A stretch of DNA of 43,468 bases from Promethearchaeota archaeon (GCA_016839745.1 JAEOTS010000147.1:1-43468), one strand, 5' to 3'; positions 30,394-39,938 are shown, counted from the stretch's first letter. Numbers and translations are program-made. Notes: generated by a model not told the origin, from the letters alone.

Positions 30394-30909
30394 TTATTTT
30401 ATTTCCAGACTATCAGCAAATTTTTCATATACTTTGATTGCTGGAAGATAGAAATCTATAATTTTCATGATATTATCGTAACCATTCATATTTACTAATT
30501 TACTACGCTTAGCAATCATTTCGTTTTTTATATTATCGAGTTTGTCTTCCCAATTTATCATCCCTGTTATGACATTTTTAATCCTAGCAGTAGAAATCTG
30601 TTCAACCGTTTCGAAGGTATATACTTTTTTACGAATACCTGGGAGTTTCTTTCTAATGATCATTCCTGAGTCGACAAGCCTATTTAATTCTTCTGAGATT
30701 TTCCCAGAAGAATATCCAGTGAGATTTTTGAGGAGATTTTGGCTTATTTCCTTTCTTAATATGATATAGATTAATATTTTTGAAGTTATTTCATTTCTGG
30801 TAGAATAAATTGGAGAATTAACTAAGTATTCTATTATTTCTTTTTCAATTTTTCTCACATGTTCATCATATGAATCCTTTTCTTCTTCCATTTCTTTGCA
30901 CAATCCCAT
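30394..30909 (-). CDS. GbsR/MarR-like winged-helix regulator (type B, pair 2)
   Basis: ISQNLLKNLTGYSSGKISEELNRL HTH, paralogue of 27132-27647. Confidence 0.8.
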   Translation of the reverse strand: MGLCKEMEEEKDSYDEHVRKIEKEIIEYLVNSPIYSTRNEITSKILIYIILRKEISQNLLKNLTGYSSGKISEELNRLVDSGMIIRKKLPGIRKKVYTFETVEQISTARIKNVITGMINWEDKLDNIKNEMIAKRSKLVNMNGYDNIMKIIDFYLPAIKVYEKFADSLEIK

Positions 30910-30919
30910 TTTTCATTTA

Positions 30920-31435
30920 TTATTTATTGCTTAACACTTTAGTCATAGAAGGTGCTATCTTCATAACCTTCTTATATCCCTTTAATAACACATTTATTTG
31001 AGTGTGAAGAGTATTATATCCGTCTTTATCTCTAAAGTTTTGCAACTCGTTTAATTTAGTTTGTATATATTTAGAAATTAAAGTAAACTGATCAATTGAT
31101 ACTTCACTAGATCTTTCAAATATTTGAGGAAGATCCCCTATCATAGAATATAGATACTTATTACTCGATGCTATTCTTTCTTTTTTTACAACGCCAAGGG
31201 TAATTAAATTTCCAAGTGTAGTTGAAATCGTGCCCGTAGAATAACCAGTTAATTCTTTTAAATTAGATTGAGATAGTTTATCATGAATGATTAAATATCC
31301 AAGAATTTCTTGGACTTTTGCAGGCGTATCCTTGTTTTTACCAATGTCTATGAAGAATTTAATAAGAGTTTTTTCGTAATCTCTAATTTTTCCTTTAAAT
31401 CTAAAATCGTAATCTTGCGTTTGGTTTGAATTCAT
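30920..31435 (-). CDS. GbsR/MarR-like winged-helix regulator (type A, pair 2)
   Basis: LSQSNLKELTGYSTGTISTTLGNL HTH, paralogue of the C-terminal part of 27644-28426. Confidence 0.8.
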   Translation of the reverse strand: MNSNQTQDYDFRFKGKIRDYEKTLIKFFIDIGKNKDTPAKVQEILGYLIIHDKLSQSNLKELTGYSTGTISTTLGNLITLGVVKKERIASSNKYLYSMIGDLPQIFERSSEVSIDQFTLISKYIQTKLNELQNFRDKDGYNTLHTQINVLLKGYKKVMKIAPSMTKVLSNK

Positions 31436-31468
31436 TAATTCTATATTGTTTTTAGAATTTTTAAACTT

Positions 31469-31634
31469 TTCATATTAAATGAAGTTTCGTGAAATATGAA
31501 GAACCTTTAAATAGGTAGTTTATTAATCATTATATGAATACTTCAAAAATCATGAAAGTTCATGAGAATTGAAGAAAAAAAGAAAAAGGAGTAAAAAGAA
31601 AGTGATCTCAGAAAAAGAATTCAAAAATCATGAA
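31469..31634. promoter_or_regulatory. Cluster of five TTCR-N7-TGAA operators
   Basis: Sites at 31469-31483, 31486-31500, 31542-31556, 31559-31573 and 31620-31634. The first four form two pairs with 17-bp period. Confidence 0.65.
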
Positions 31635-31856
31635 GAAATTTTCTATTTTGAAGAACCTGAAATGATGAAGAAGGAAAATAAGGTTAAGAAAATTTACGAA
31701 ACTATAGAACATGAAAAAATTTACGATATTTTTCCTACTTATGATCTTCAAGACGAGAAATTGACTCAGGATATATTAGAGATTTATAAAACTCTATTCT
31801 GGGGTGCTTCTGCTTTAGCTTCGACTCTACTTTGGTTATATTTCTTTATCAACTAG
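31602..31856 (+). CDS. Small hypothetical protein with C-terminal TM anchor
   Basis: Acidic N-terminus and hydrophobic tail LFWGASALASTLLWLYFFIN. GTG 31602 after AAGGAG is preferred over TTG 31569. Confidence 0.6.
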   Translation: MISEKEFKNHEEIFYFEEPEMMKKENKVKKIYETIEHEKIYDIFPTYDLQDEKLTQDILEIYKTLFWGASALASTLLWLYFFIN

Positions 31857-31866
31857 GTTTCAAGTC

Positions 31867-33066
31867 ATGAGTAATTGTGGTTTCACAATAGGAAATTATA
31901 AGATACAAAGAAATAAGGTTGAAATTGGAGTTATGAAAAGTATATTAGAGGAAGAAAATATAGACAGCGGTTTCGCAAGATGGAAAAATTCCAATGGTCA
32001 GAAATATTTAGAAATATTTGCTCCTGATCATTATCAATTAGGTGTGTTAGAAGGATATCATCTTTCAAAACAAATCAAGAGCTTTAAAAGGGTAATAAAA
32101 TTTTTAAGCTTAACTTTTAAGTCGAGAGAGTATTCATATAAGAAACTAATTAAATTATCAAAAGATTATAAACCGTTCATTCCAGATCGTTTTCAGTTAG
32201 AAATGAAAGGAATGGCAGATTCAGTTAATGAAATATCGTTTGATGATATTTTACTGCAAAATTGCTTCCTTGATATATTTTATGGTAAACTCATTCCAAA
32301 GTTTTCAAAATCTATTCTTCTTAAGAATTTCGAAATAGCTTGTACCTCATTTGCAGTGCGTAATAGAAGAAGGACATTAATTGCTCAGAATTTTGATGTT
32401 CCTTTTTTCTTTAAAAATTCCGCTGCCTTTGTATATGTTCATATGCCTGAATATCCTAGTTTTTTTTCATTACGCCTAGGCGCTCATTTGAGTCTCCCAG
32501 TGGCTATAAACAATTTTGGAGTATCTATTAGAGTTAATGCGATTAAGAGTATTCGCCAAGCTGGATTTTCTATTCCAAGTTCTATAAGAGTGCGTGAAGG
32601 ATTAGAAAAAGCGAAAACCGCTCAGGCGTTTTTCAATTATATAACACGCAGAGATTTCACTGCTAGTTGCAATATACTTATCTCAGACCTTTCTAATGTA
32701 TTTTCTTTAGAAGTAGTACCTTATAGATATGAAAAGAAGGAGATTAAAGAATGCGTTTCAAAGAGTAATACTTTCATCTCAGATTCCCTTCAATTAAGCC
32801 TTATTAGTCCGAAGTATTCGAAAAAAAGACAAAAATACGCAGATAGAAGAATCAAGAGCGCGTATGAGAAATCAGGTGGGCAATTAAATGAGAAGAGCCT
32901 TTTGAGTATTCTTAAAGATAATCGAATTATTTGCAGGCGAAATTTTCTTAAACCAATGACCCTAGCTTACTTAACGGATCACTATTTTGGGATTGGGAAT
33001 CCAAGAAGTAATCCATCTGGCGTAGTTCCCATATTTAAATCTAATAATCCAATAATTTATAATTAA
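31867..33066 (+). CDS. Peptidase C45 family autoproteolytic acyltransferase/hydrolase (Cys Ntn-hydrolase)
   Basis: YQLG..EG, EMKGMAD, cleavage site IA|CTSFAV, IAQNFD, AINNFGVS. Confidence 0.78.
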   Translation: MSNCGFTIGNYKIQRNKVEIGVMKSILEEENIDSGFARWKNSNGQKYLEIFAPDHYQLGVLEGYHLSKQIKSFKRVIKFLSLTFKSREYSYKKLIKLSKDYKPFIPDRFQLEMKGMADSVNEISFDDILLQNCFLDIFYGKLIPKFSKSILLKNFEIACTSFAVRNRRRTLIAQNFDVPFFFKNSAAFVYVHMPEYPSFFSLRLGAHLSLPVAINNFGVSIRVNAIKSIRQAGFSIPSSIRVREGLEKAKTAQAFFNYITRRDFTASCNILISDLSNVFSLEVVPYRYEKKEIKECVSKSNTFISDSLQLSLISPKYSKKRQKYADRRIKSAYEKSGGQLNEKSLLSILKDNRIICRRNFLKPMTLAYLTDHYFGIGNPRSNPSGVVPIFKSNNPIIYN

Positions 33067-33152
33067 ATATTAAATAATGCAAATTCCCTTCCCATATATC
33101 AACTGAACGGAATTCTAAGGATATAGTGTAATTAAATAATATATAATTTTAC

Positions 33153-33923
33153 TTAAATAACTCTCGGGTCCAGATACGGTGTTTTAGAATAAATAATTTT
33201 GGTATTCTTTTTCCTTAACTCTTCCATTAAATTCTCTTCGGTTTTATCCTTTAAATTAAGCAGAGTCCATCCATGTACACCACCACTTATTAAGCCATCT
33301 GGTTTGTGCATATCTGTTCCTGTAATCATCCCGATTTTTCTATTGTGCTTTAGGCAGAAATTATGTGACTTTTGATCAAAATTATTTTCTGGTTGTGAAT
33401 CATCATTAACAATCTCAATATAATCTACTCCCCAGTCTAAAATCTTCTCCCGTGTTGGATGATTTTTGTAGTGCGCTTCATGAATACTCCATGGAATATG
33501 ATTACAGACGACTATGCCCCCTTGATCATGGGCTTTGTTAATTGCTTCGATAATCTTTTCGTCTTTAGGTTTATAAGGTATTCTTGTATCCCATTTTGAC
33601 ACACCTATAAAATTTAAATGAAGTCTAGTGGTTGTCCATTCAATGCCACTAGTTATAAGGATGCCTTTTTCAACATATTCTTCTTTTATTTTGTTGATTT
33701 TTTCTAAATGCCGCATATTGTTATGATCAGTTATGGTTAAGGCGTTGAAGCCCATAGCAATGTGCCATTCAATATTTTGCTTAATTGTAAGCTTTCCATC
33801 ACTGAAGTTCGTGTGAGAATGATGATCATAAATCAAATTATAAGCTGTTTTGTCATATCCAGGGGCCACATGAGGTTTAACATTTTTCCAGTCATTATCA
33901 GAGTAAGCGCTTGATAAAGGCAT
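33153..33923 (-). CDS. PHP-domain metallophosphoesterase
   Basis: DHHSHTNFSDG, ITDHN, GIEWTT, CNHIPW, GTDMH. Confidence 0.88.
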   Translation of the reverse strand: MPLSSAYSDNDWKNVKPHVAPGYDKTAYNLIYDHHSHTNFSDGKLTIKQNIEWHIAMGFNALTITDHNNMRHLEKINKIKEEYVEKGILITSGIEWTTTRLHLNFIGVSKWDTRIPYKPKDEKIIEAINKAHDQGGIVVCNHIPWSIHEAHYKNHPTREKILDWGVDYIEIVNDDSQPENNFDQKSHNFCLKHNRKIGMITGTDMHKPDGLISGGVHGWTLLNLKDKTEENLMEELRKKNTKIIYSKTPYLDPRVI

Positions 33924-33940
33924 TATCTTATCTAATCCTA

Positions 33941-34726
33941 TTAAAACATTCTATTATGTAGTTCTTTTACAAAATATGTTGCTACATTTTCAGAAAAAGT
34001 GTTAGGGCCAAAACCAGCATCATATCCTAATTCTTTCGCAAGTTCGTTTGAGATCCTAGGACCACCGCAAATTAGCACGATTTTATCTCTTATCTCTTCA
34101 GCTTCTAGTAGATCGACTAGATTGGTTAAATTTCTCACATGAATATCTTTCTGAGTTACAGTTTGAGAGACAAGAAGCACATCGGCATTCAAATCTAATG
34201 CTTTTTTTACGAAAACTTCGTTTGAAACTTGACTACCAAGATTATAAGCTTCAATCATTTCGTATCTTTCTAATCCATAATGCCCGGCGAACCCCTTTCT
34301 ATTCATGATCGCATCAATACCAACTGTGTGTGCATCTGTACCAGTTGTCGCGCCTATAATTATTAATTTTCGATTCAATTTTGTTTTAATGTAGTCATCT
34401 ATTTCTTCCATCGTCATAGCTTTTGTTACAATAGATTCAACTTTTATTTTAGTATAATCAATTGAGTGTTTAAGACTTCCATATAGCACGAAATATGTGT
34501 ATCCCTTATCTAAAGGTACACGATATGCTACTGAGGGTTCTTCTATCCCCATCTTTTTGGAAAGTTCTAATGCTGCAAATAAAGCTTTTTCTCCGTCATC
34601 TACAGGAAGAGTGAAACTAATTTGAATCTTTCCATCGTTCATCGTATCTCCGTAAGGTTTGATTTTAGTTAGATCCAAATTCTTGTCAAATTCTTTCTTT
34701 TCTGTAGAATACTGTCCACCACCCAT
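33941..34726 (-). CDS. kamE: Lysine 5,6-aminomutase beta subunit (B12-binding)
   Basis: KPYGDTMNDGKIQISFTLP, DAHTVGIDA (DxHxxG), KGFAGHYGLERY, VSQTVTQKD. Confidence 0.96.
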   Translation of the reverse strand: MGGGQYSTEKKEFDKNLDLTKIKPYGDTMNDGKIQISFTLPVDDGEKALFAALELSKKMGIEEPSVAYRVPLDKGYTYFVLYGSLKHSIDYTKIKVESIVTKAMTMEEIDDYIKTKLNRKLIIIGATTGTDAHTVGIDAIMNRKGFAGHYGLERYEMIEAYNLGSQVSNEVFVKKALDLNADVLLVSQTVTQKDIHVRNLTNLVDLLEAEEIRDKIVLICGGPRISNELAKELGYDAGFGPNTFSENVATYFVKELHNRMF

Positions 34727-36294
34727 TAATTCTCGCCCCCTAAGTTCAATTCTTTTGACATGATTTCCAAGAAGGGGTTAAAATATTTGTTGCTTTTGAG
34801 AATAACGCCGTCTAATCCTTTCCCACCACCAATTGGTCTTTTTATCTGTGCGAAGATCCCTTTTTCAATTGTCTTGAATAACCCTTCCTTTTCAATCTTG
34901 GTTAGAAGTTCAAGAGCTTTATTTAATACTTCGCTTGCGCGTTGCTGTATTATTCCCCCTTCCTTAAATGTGATCTCGTCTCCTAAATCTTTCATATTTT
35001 TAAAAATATAACGCGCGTTTTCAATGGATAAAGCCCGATCTGACATGAATGGTGTGTGAATTGCTTCCGTTAACATTCCTAGTAGGTGAATTCTCTGGTT
35101 TGTGAGGATAGTAATAATGTTAAACAATGCATCTTGTACGTGACCTTTAAAGATGTTTCCCGTCATGTATTTTGTAGGGGGCATGTATTTTAACGGAACA
35201 TTTGGGAAAATTTCTCGAGCCATTTGCGCTTGGGCGAGTTCAAAGATGAAACCATTCTCCAAATCAGGATTCATCTCAAATGCATGTCCTAAACCCATTT
35301 GCTCTTCACTTAATCCGGCTAATTTGGCAAATTGCTCGTTAATGAATTGCGATGCGAGTACTGTATGTGCCGCTTCATACGCGTCATCTGTGGTAAGATA
35401 ATTGTCCTCGCCAGTATTGATAATTGCACCTGCATAAGCATTTATCATCCTTGAAAAATGTTGATCAACCATCGTTCTTTGCATGTTTATATCCCGAAAT
35501 AAAATTCCATACAACGCATCGTTTAGCATCATATCAACTCTCTCGAAAGCGCCCATGGCAGCAATTTCGGGCATACAAAGTCCCGAACAATAATTAGTGA
35601 GTCTTATATATCTACCTTCTTCTTTACTCACTTCATCTAAAGCGGACCTCATTAGACGGAAATTTTCTTGAGTGGCATAAGTCCCTCCAAAACCTTCTGA
35701 TGTGGATCCATAAGGCACATAATCTAATAAACTCTGCCCCGTAGATCTTATTACCGCAATGACATCTGCACCTTGTCTTGCTGCAGCTTTTGCTTGAACA
35801 ACATCCTCAAAAATATTACCAGTAGCAACAATTAGATAAATTAACGGTTCACCTTTTTCCCCGTAAGTATGAATTAATTCTTCTCTGTTTTGTTTGTTTC
35901 GCTTGATAATATTCAGATTTTTCTGAATTATAGAGGATAAAGAATTTTTTATTTCGTTGACGTTGTCTAAAGGATGCTCTGTCATGTTTAATTGTTCTTG
36001 AGAGACCATTTCTGCAATATTTTGGGGCGATTTATGAGTATGCAAAATAGTATTTCCAAGGTATAGAGCAATACCATTATTAAGTAATCCTGATTGTTGA
36101 ACGTGATCTACTACAATATTGGGTAATGGTACTCCAAATTCATCAACCCCATCGATCCCTAATAATCTACAAATAGTTCTTTCAATTGTAGTAGTCGTGT
36201 GTTTATCTATAAACTTTTGCGTATCGATAACTATATTTCTCGCTATTTTTCTCGCACTTTCTACTATTTTAAAATCCAAATTTAATTTATTCAT
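34726..36294 (-). CDS. kamD: Lysine 5,6-aminomutase alpha subunit
   Basis: IVATGNIFEDVVQA, RSTGQSLLDYVPYG, NYCSGLCMPE, YMPPTKYMTG, GMLTEAIHTP. Confidence 0.96.
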   Translation of the reverse strand: MNKLNLDFKIVESARKIARNIVIDTQKFIDKHTTTTIERTICRLLGIDGVDEFGVPLPNIVVDHVQQSGLLNNGIALYLGNTILHTHKSPQNIAEMVSQEQLNMTEHPLDNVNEIKNSLSSIIQKNLNIIKRNKQNREELIHTYGEKGEPLIYLIVATGNIFEDVVQAKAAARQGADVIAVIRSTGQSLLDYVPYGSTSEGFGGTYATQENFRLMRSALDEVSKEEGRYIRLTNYCSGLCMPEIAAMGAFERVDMMLNDALYGILFRDINMQRTMVDQHFSRMINAYAGAIINTGEDNYLTTDDAYEAAHTVLASQFINEQFAKLAGLSEEQMGLGHAFEMNPDLENGFIFELAQAQMAREIFPNVPLKYMPPTKYMTGNIFKGHVQDALFNIITILTNQRIHLLGMLTEAIHTPFMSDRALSIENARYIFKNMKDLGDEITFKEGGIIQQRASEVLNKALELLTKIEKEGLFKTIEKGIFAQIKRPIGGGKGLDGVILKSNKYFNPFLEIMSKELNLGGEN

Positions 36295-36341
36295 GTGAAC
36301 TTCATCTCTAAAGATAATTTTAATAATCTAATGTCTAAATT

Positions 36342-36353
36342 ATAAGTTGTCAC
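36342..36353. repeat. Left 12-bp direct repeat ATAAGTTGTCAC (insertion boundary)
   Basis: Identical to 41206-41217 in the last codons of kamB. Confidence 0.8.
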
Positions 36354-36785
36354 TAAAAAAAATTAAAAAAAAATTACTGAGGAGTGCATTCAAACTTCTT
36401 TCCGTTAATTCTGTTAATGTGTTGATCGTTTATTCATTTTTTTTACTTTTTTGCTTCCTAGCGATTTTTTTGTTGCGATTAAATAATATCCGTGAGTCAT
36501 TTTTTATCATTATCCTAATCTTTGATCTGAAAATTCTATTAGGAATTATTTACCGATTTACTTCATTTGTAAATAAGGTTACTCATCTTCCATTTCATCA
36601 ATATCTTTTTGACATTCTTCACATATAAAAAATATAGAGAAATTCCAGAAATGTGTTGCTAATATATCCCGTTATTTCCTTCCTAACGGAAAATAACCCC
36701 ATAACCAATATTTTATTAAATTAGGTGGCCATTTTACTTTAATCCGTTTAGCACAGATAACGCAATATATTTTACACATAATTAC

Positions 36786-37073
36786 TCAATCGTCTTTTAC
36801 TGTCTTATTTTTATTTAATATCCTTTCACGGTATAAATCTTTCTGTTCCCTTTTTTCTGCTTCTGAAAGGTTTTCAGACGCATCAAATTTTTCTATAACC
36901 GTTGTCAAAAGAATTTCTACCTCATTATCCTCTCTGCGATAAATATGAAGATCTCGACCCAAACTTCCAAATACATAATTGAGTAGAAACTGTCCAAGCC
37001 TCTGATCAGGATAACGACTCCAAGCTCGCTCCAGCAATTGGCAAACCCTTTTAATCCTTTTAGGATCTCTCAT
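36786..37073 (-). CDS. Small hypothetical protein, MRDPxRI...W..PDxRLGQ family (DUF1040/YihD-like, often seen in phages)
   Basis: MRDPKRIKRVCQLLERAWSRYPDQRLGQFLLN. Family recognised from memory. Confidence 0.7.
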   Translation of the reverse strand: MRDPKRIKRVCQLLERAWSRYPDQRLGQFLLNYVFGSLGRDLHIYRREDNEVEILLTTVIEKFDASENLSEAEKREQKDLYRERILNKNKTVKDD

Positions 37074-37204
37074 ATTAATTATTAATATTTATTAAGTTAT
37101 TTAATTTATAGTCTGATTTGACAATCTGATTTGTAATGATGATAACCTCAAATCATTTTTATATAATATTTTAAATTTTTGAATTCAAAAGTTGATAAAA
37201 TATA

Positions 37205-37834
37205 TTATTCCAAATCCTTTTCTTTTCTAACCTGATTGATTCGTAAAATAACAGATACATGAGTTAGAATTGAAATTGAAATTAAGCATACTGGAATTGC
37301 CCAATCTGTAAAAAATGCACAAATTCCTGCTAAAAACACAAGAAATAGCCTTGTGTCTCGTCCTTGAATTGTTCTGGAAAAATTAATACCTTCTTTTAAC
37401 TCTACTTTAGCGGCAGTATAACTTATTGAATAGGCTCCTATAATAGTAATTATTCCTAATAAAAAAGCATGTGTAATCAAAAGGACATTAAGAGAGTAAA
37501 ATGTAAGGCCTAAAAATATAAAAACATCAACATATCGATCCATTACAGAGTCAAAGAAACCCCCAAAAAAAGAAGTTCTCCCATTGGCACGGGCTACTTC
37601 CCCATCAGAACCATCAATGATACTTGATATTTGGACAAGGATTCCTCCCATAATAGGAAAATTCATACAAAATAATATTGAACTGATAATCCCAGTTAAA
37701 GCTGATATAATAGATATTAAATTTGGGTTACAATTTGGCCAAAAATACAGAATTAAACTTGTTAATGGACGAGAAAAGTGTCTGTTTATGTATTTTGAAA
37801 CCAGACCATCTCCTTTTGCTGGCATTTCTCTCAA
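37205..37834 (-). CDS. CDP-alcohol phosphotransferase, di-myo-inositol-phosphate-phosphate synthase (DIPPS)-type
   Basis: GDGLVSKYINRHFS, PNLIS, QISSIIDGSDGEVARANGRTSFFGGFFDSVMDRYVD, GRDTRLF, resembling the DIPPS domain of archaeal IPCT/DIPPS. Confidence 0.85.
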   Translation of the reverse strand: MREMPAKGDGLVSKYINRHFSRPLTSLILYFWPNCNPNLISIISALTGIISSILFCMNFPIMGGILVQISSIIDGSDGEVARANGRTSFFGGFFDSVMDRYVDVFIFLGLTFYSLNVLLITHAFLLGIITIIGAYSISYTAAKVELKEGINFSRTIQGRDTRLFLVFLAGICAFFTDWAIPVCLISISILTHVSVILRINQVRKEKDLE

Positions 37835-37903
37835 TTATTTACTTATAATATTATTTATTTAGGATTACTAAAATTTTATTGGATTTAATATCTTTATGAT
37901 CGT

Positions 37904-38710
37904 GTGATAGGAATTTCAATTCGTGCTAATTGGGATTTTGAAAAATTTTTAAATTCAATAATAGACTTGAATATTGATTTCTGTGAAATTCAGCTAGATA
38001 ATCCCATATTTAAATTCCAAAAGCATCAAAGCAAAGCTAAAAAACTTATTGCTAAGCTATATTCAAAAAACTTACAACTTTCATTCCATTTATCATTTAT
38101 TGATTTAAATATTGCTTCATTAGATAATAAAATACGGTGTTATTCAAGTGAAATACTGAGAAAAGAAATAGAGCTTATAAAAACATGGAAACCTCTTTAT
38201 GTTGTTGTACATACTGGAAAGATTAGTGAAACTTTTTATAATATCCCTTCAATAAAAGAACAGGCTCATAAACAACAAATTAAAACAATATCAGAATTAA
38301 TAAAAACCTCTAGCTCTTATTCAATACCATTTGCGATTGAAAACCGGCAAAAATCATTAACAAGTGGTTTGATTGAAAAATTAAGTGATATTCGGTATTA
38401 CAATTGTATTTTCCCTTCTTTATGCTTCTTACTTGACATAGGACACCTTAATACCTTTTATCTTGACTCTAACGCATTGATAGAAGATATTAAACTTATT
38501 TGTAATTTCCCTACAGTTGGAATTCACTTATCAAACAATTTTGGGAAAGATACACACGGAATTTTAGAAGAGGGAACAATTCCTTATATAAAATTGTTTT
38601 CTAAAGTACAAAATCTAAAAAACACACACCTAATAATTGAAAATAGATCATTGAAAGACACTTTACAAAGTTTAGATTTTTTATATAATAAAGTTATAGG
38701 AAAAACATAA
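37904..38710 (+). CDS. Sugar phosphate isomerase/epimerase (xylose isomerase-like / AP endonuclease 2 TIM barrel)
   Basis: SFHLSFIDLNIAS, VVHTG, AIEN, LDIGH, IHLSNNFGKDTH, LIIE. Confidence 0.82.
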   Translation: MIGISIRANWDFEKFLNSIIDLNIDFCEIQLDNPIFKFQKHQSKAKKLIAKLYSKNLQLSFHLSFIDLNIASLDNKIRCYSSEILRKEIELIKTWKPLYVVVHTGKISETFYNIPSIKEQAHKQQIKTISELIKTSSSYSIPFAIENRQKSLTSGLIEKLSDIRYYNCIFPSLCFLLDIGHLNTFYLDSNALIEDIKLICNFPTVGIHLSNNFGKDTHGILEEGTIPYIKLFSKVQNLKNTHLIIENRSLKDTLQSLDFLYNKVIGKT

Positions 38711-38986
38711 TAAAATATATTACAAATAAAAAATCCCTTTTTTATTTAAATTATTATTGTTAAAACAACTTCTTCTTTATTCTAATTAAATTTTTTTTTT
38801 AACTTGTTAAATTAAAACTAAAACTTATATAATTTTTAATCTTATTAGAATTACAAGTGAATAAGTAATTTAAATATGAAAGAATTTTAAAAATGTTTTT
38901 GTAGATTTTTAGAAATATAAAGAGTAATGTTTTGCGATTATATTTACTTGGTTATGGTAAAAATCATCAACAAGAAGTAAATTTTT

Positions 38987-39143
38987 GAAATTTCAGTAAT
39001 CTTAATCATTTTCCTTATCTACAATTTATAAAGAGGATTATAGTGATAGATAATAATAAATTAGAAATTTCAGTAATCTTAATCATTTTCCTTATCTACA
39101 ATTTATAAAGAGGATTATAGTGATAGATAATAATAAATTAGAA
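38987..39143. repeat. 77-bp perfect tandem duplication spanning the RBS and first codons of the IPCT gene
   Basis: 38987-39063 = 39064-39140, plus trailing GAA. Confidence 0.95.
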
Positions 39144-39938
39144 GGTTTAATTCTAGCAGCGGGTTATTCTAGCCGATTTGAATTTAAAGATAATAGATTT
39201 AAAAAGTATTTTTTAAAATTAAATGATTCGAATATTTTAGGATATATTATCGCTGGTATGAGTAAAACAGGAATAAAAAAAATAAAGATAGTGACAAGTG
39301 AAATATTTAACAAATTAAAACATAAAAAAAGGGTATTTAAATCTGTAGCTCGATCAGGAATTGATCTAAAAAATCTTGAATTATCTTTTATTGAAAATAA
39401 GATACCAGAGAGAGAAAATGGATACAGCCTTTTTTTAGGTCTTAATACAATTTCCTCAGAATATACTATACTTACGATGGCTGATCATATTTTTTCAAAA
39501 AATGTTTTTTCTAAAATGATAAAGAACTATAAAAAAAAAGATATTCTTTTAGCAACTGATCCAATGGATAATAAAGGATATTACGACAAGGAGGATGCTA
39601 CAAAAGTATATGGAGAAAATTCTTTTATTATTAAAATTGGAAAGGATTTAATGAATTATAACCGATTAGATATGGGAGTATTTATTTTGAAGACTAAAAA
39701 AATTAAAAAAATTAGTAAGGAAGTTGAATCCAATTTTCGTAAATTTGGTGTGTCAGACATTGTTAGATCAGCATTAAATTCAGATTTAAATATTGGTTAT
39801 TCTGATTTTCCGAATACAATTTGGCTAGATATTGATGATCATAAAAAATATCGTCAATTAAAAAGACTTTTTAATAAAACTTCTAGCCTTCATCCTTTTG
39901 CTCTTAACACGAAACCTACTGTGGTGAATTATTATTAG
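39120..39938 (+). CDS. CTP:inositol-1-phosphate cytidylyltransferase (IPCT)-like nucleotidyltransferase
   Basis: ILAAGYSSRF, PERENGYSL, LTMADHIFS, DATKV, KIGKDL, DMGVF, WLDID. Adjacent to inositol-phosphate synthase. Confidence 0.83.
   Translation: MIDNNKLEGLILAAGYSSRFEFKDNRFKKYFLKLNDSNILGYIIAGMSKTGIKKIKIVTSEIFNKLKHKKRVFKSVARSGIDLKNLELSFIENKIPERENGYSLFLGLNTISSEYTILTMADHIFSKNVFSKMIKNYKKKDILLATDPMDNKGYYDKEDATKVYGENSFIIKIGKDLMNYNRLDMGVFILKTKKIKKISKEVESNFRKFGVSDIVRSALNSDLNIGYSDFPNTIWLDIDDHKKYRQLKRLFNKTSSLHPFALNTKPTVVNYY

Noticed and set aside
36347-36628. 93-aa plus-strand hydrophobic ORF
   Set aside because: Reads through A/T tracts at the islet boundary, with no RBS or recognisable motif.
36579-36670. 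Minus-strand fragment ...ICEECQKDIDEMEDE* resembling a zinc-ribbon tail
   Set aside because: About 30 codons with no start codon before the CxxC. It may be a gene remnant but cannot be supported.
19474-39143. Tandem repeats considered as CRISPR-like arrays
   Set aside because: Each has only two adjacent copies with no spacers, and there are no cas genes.
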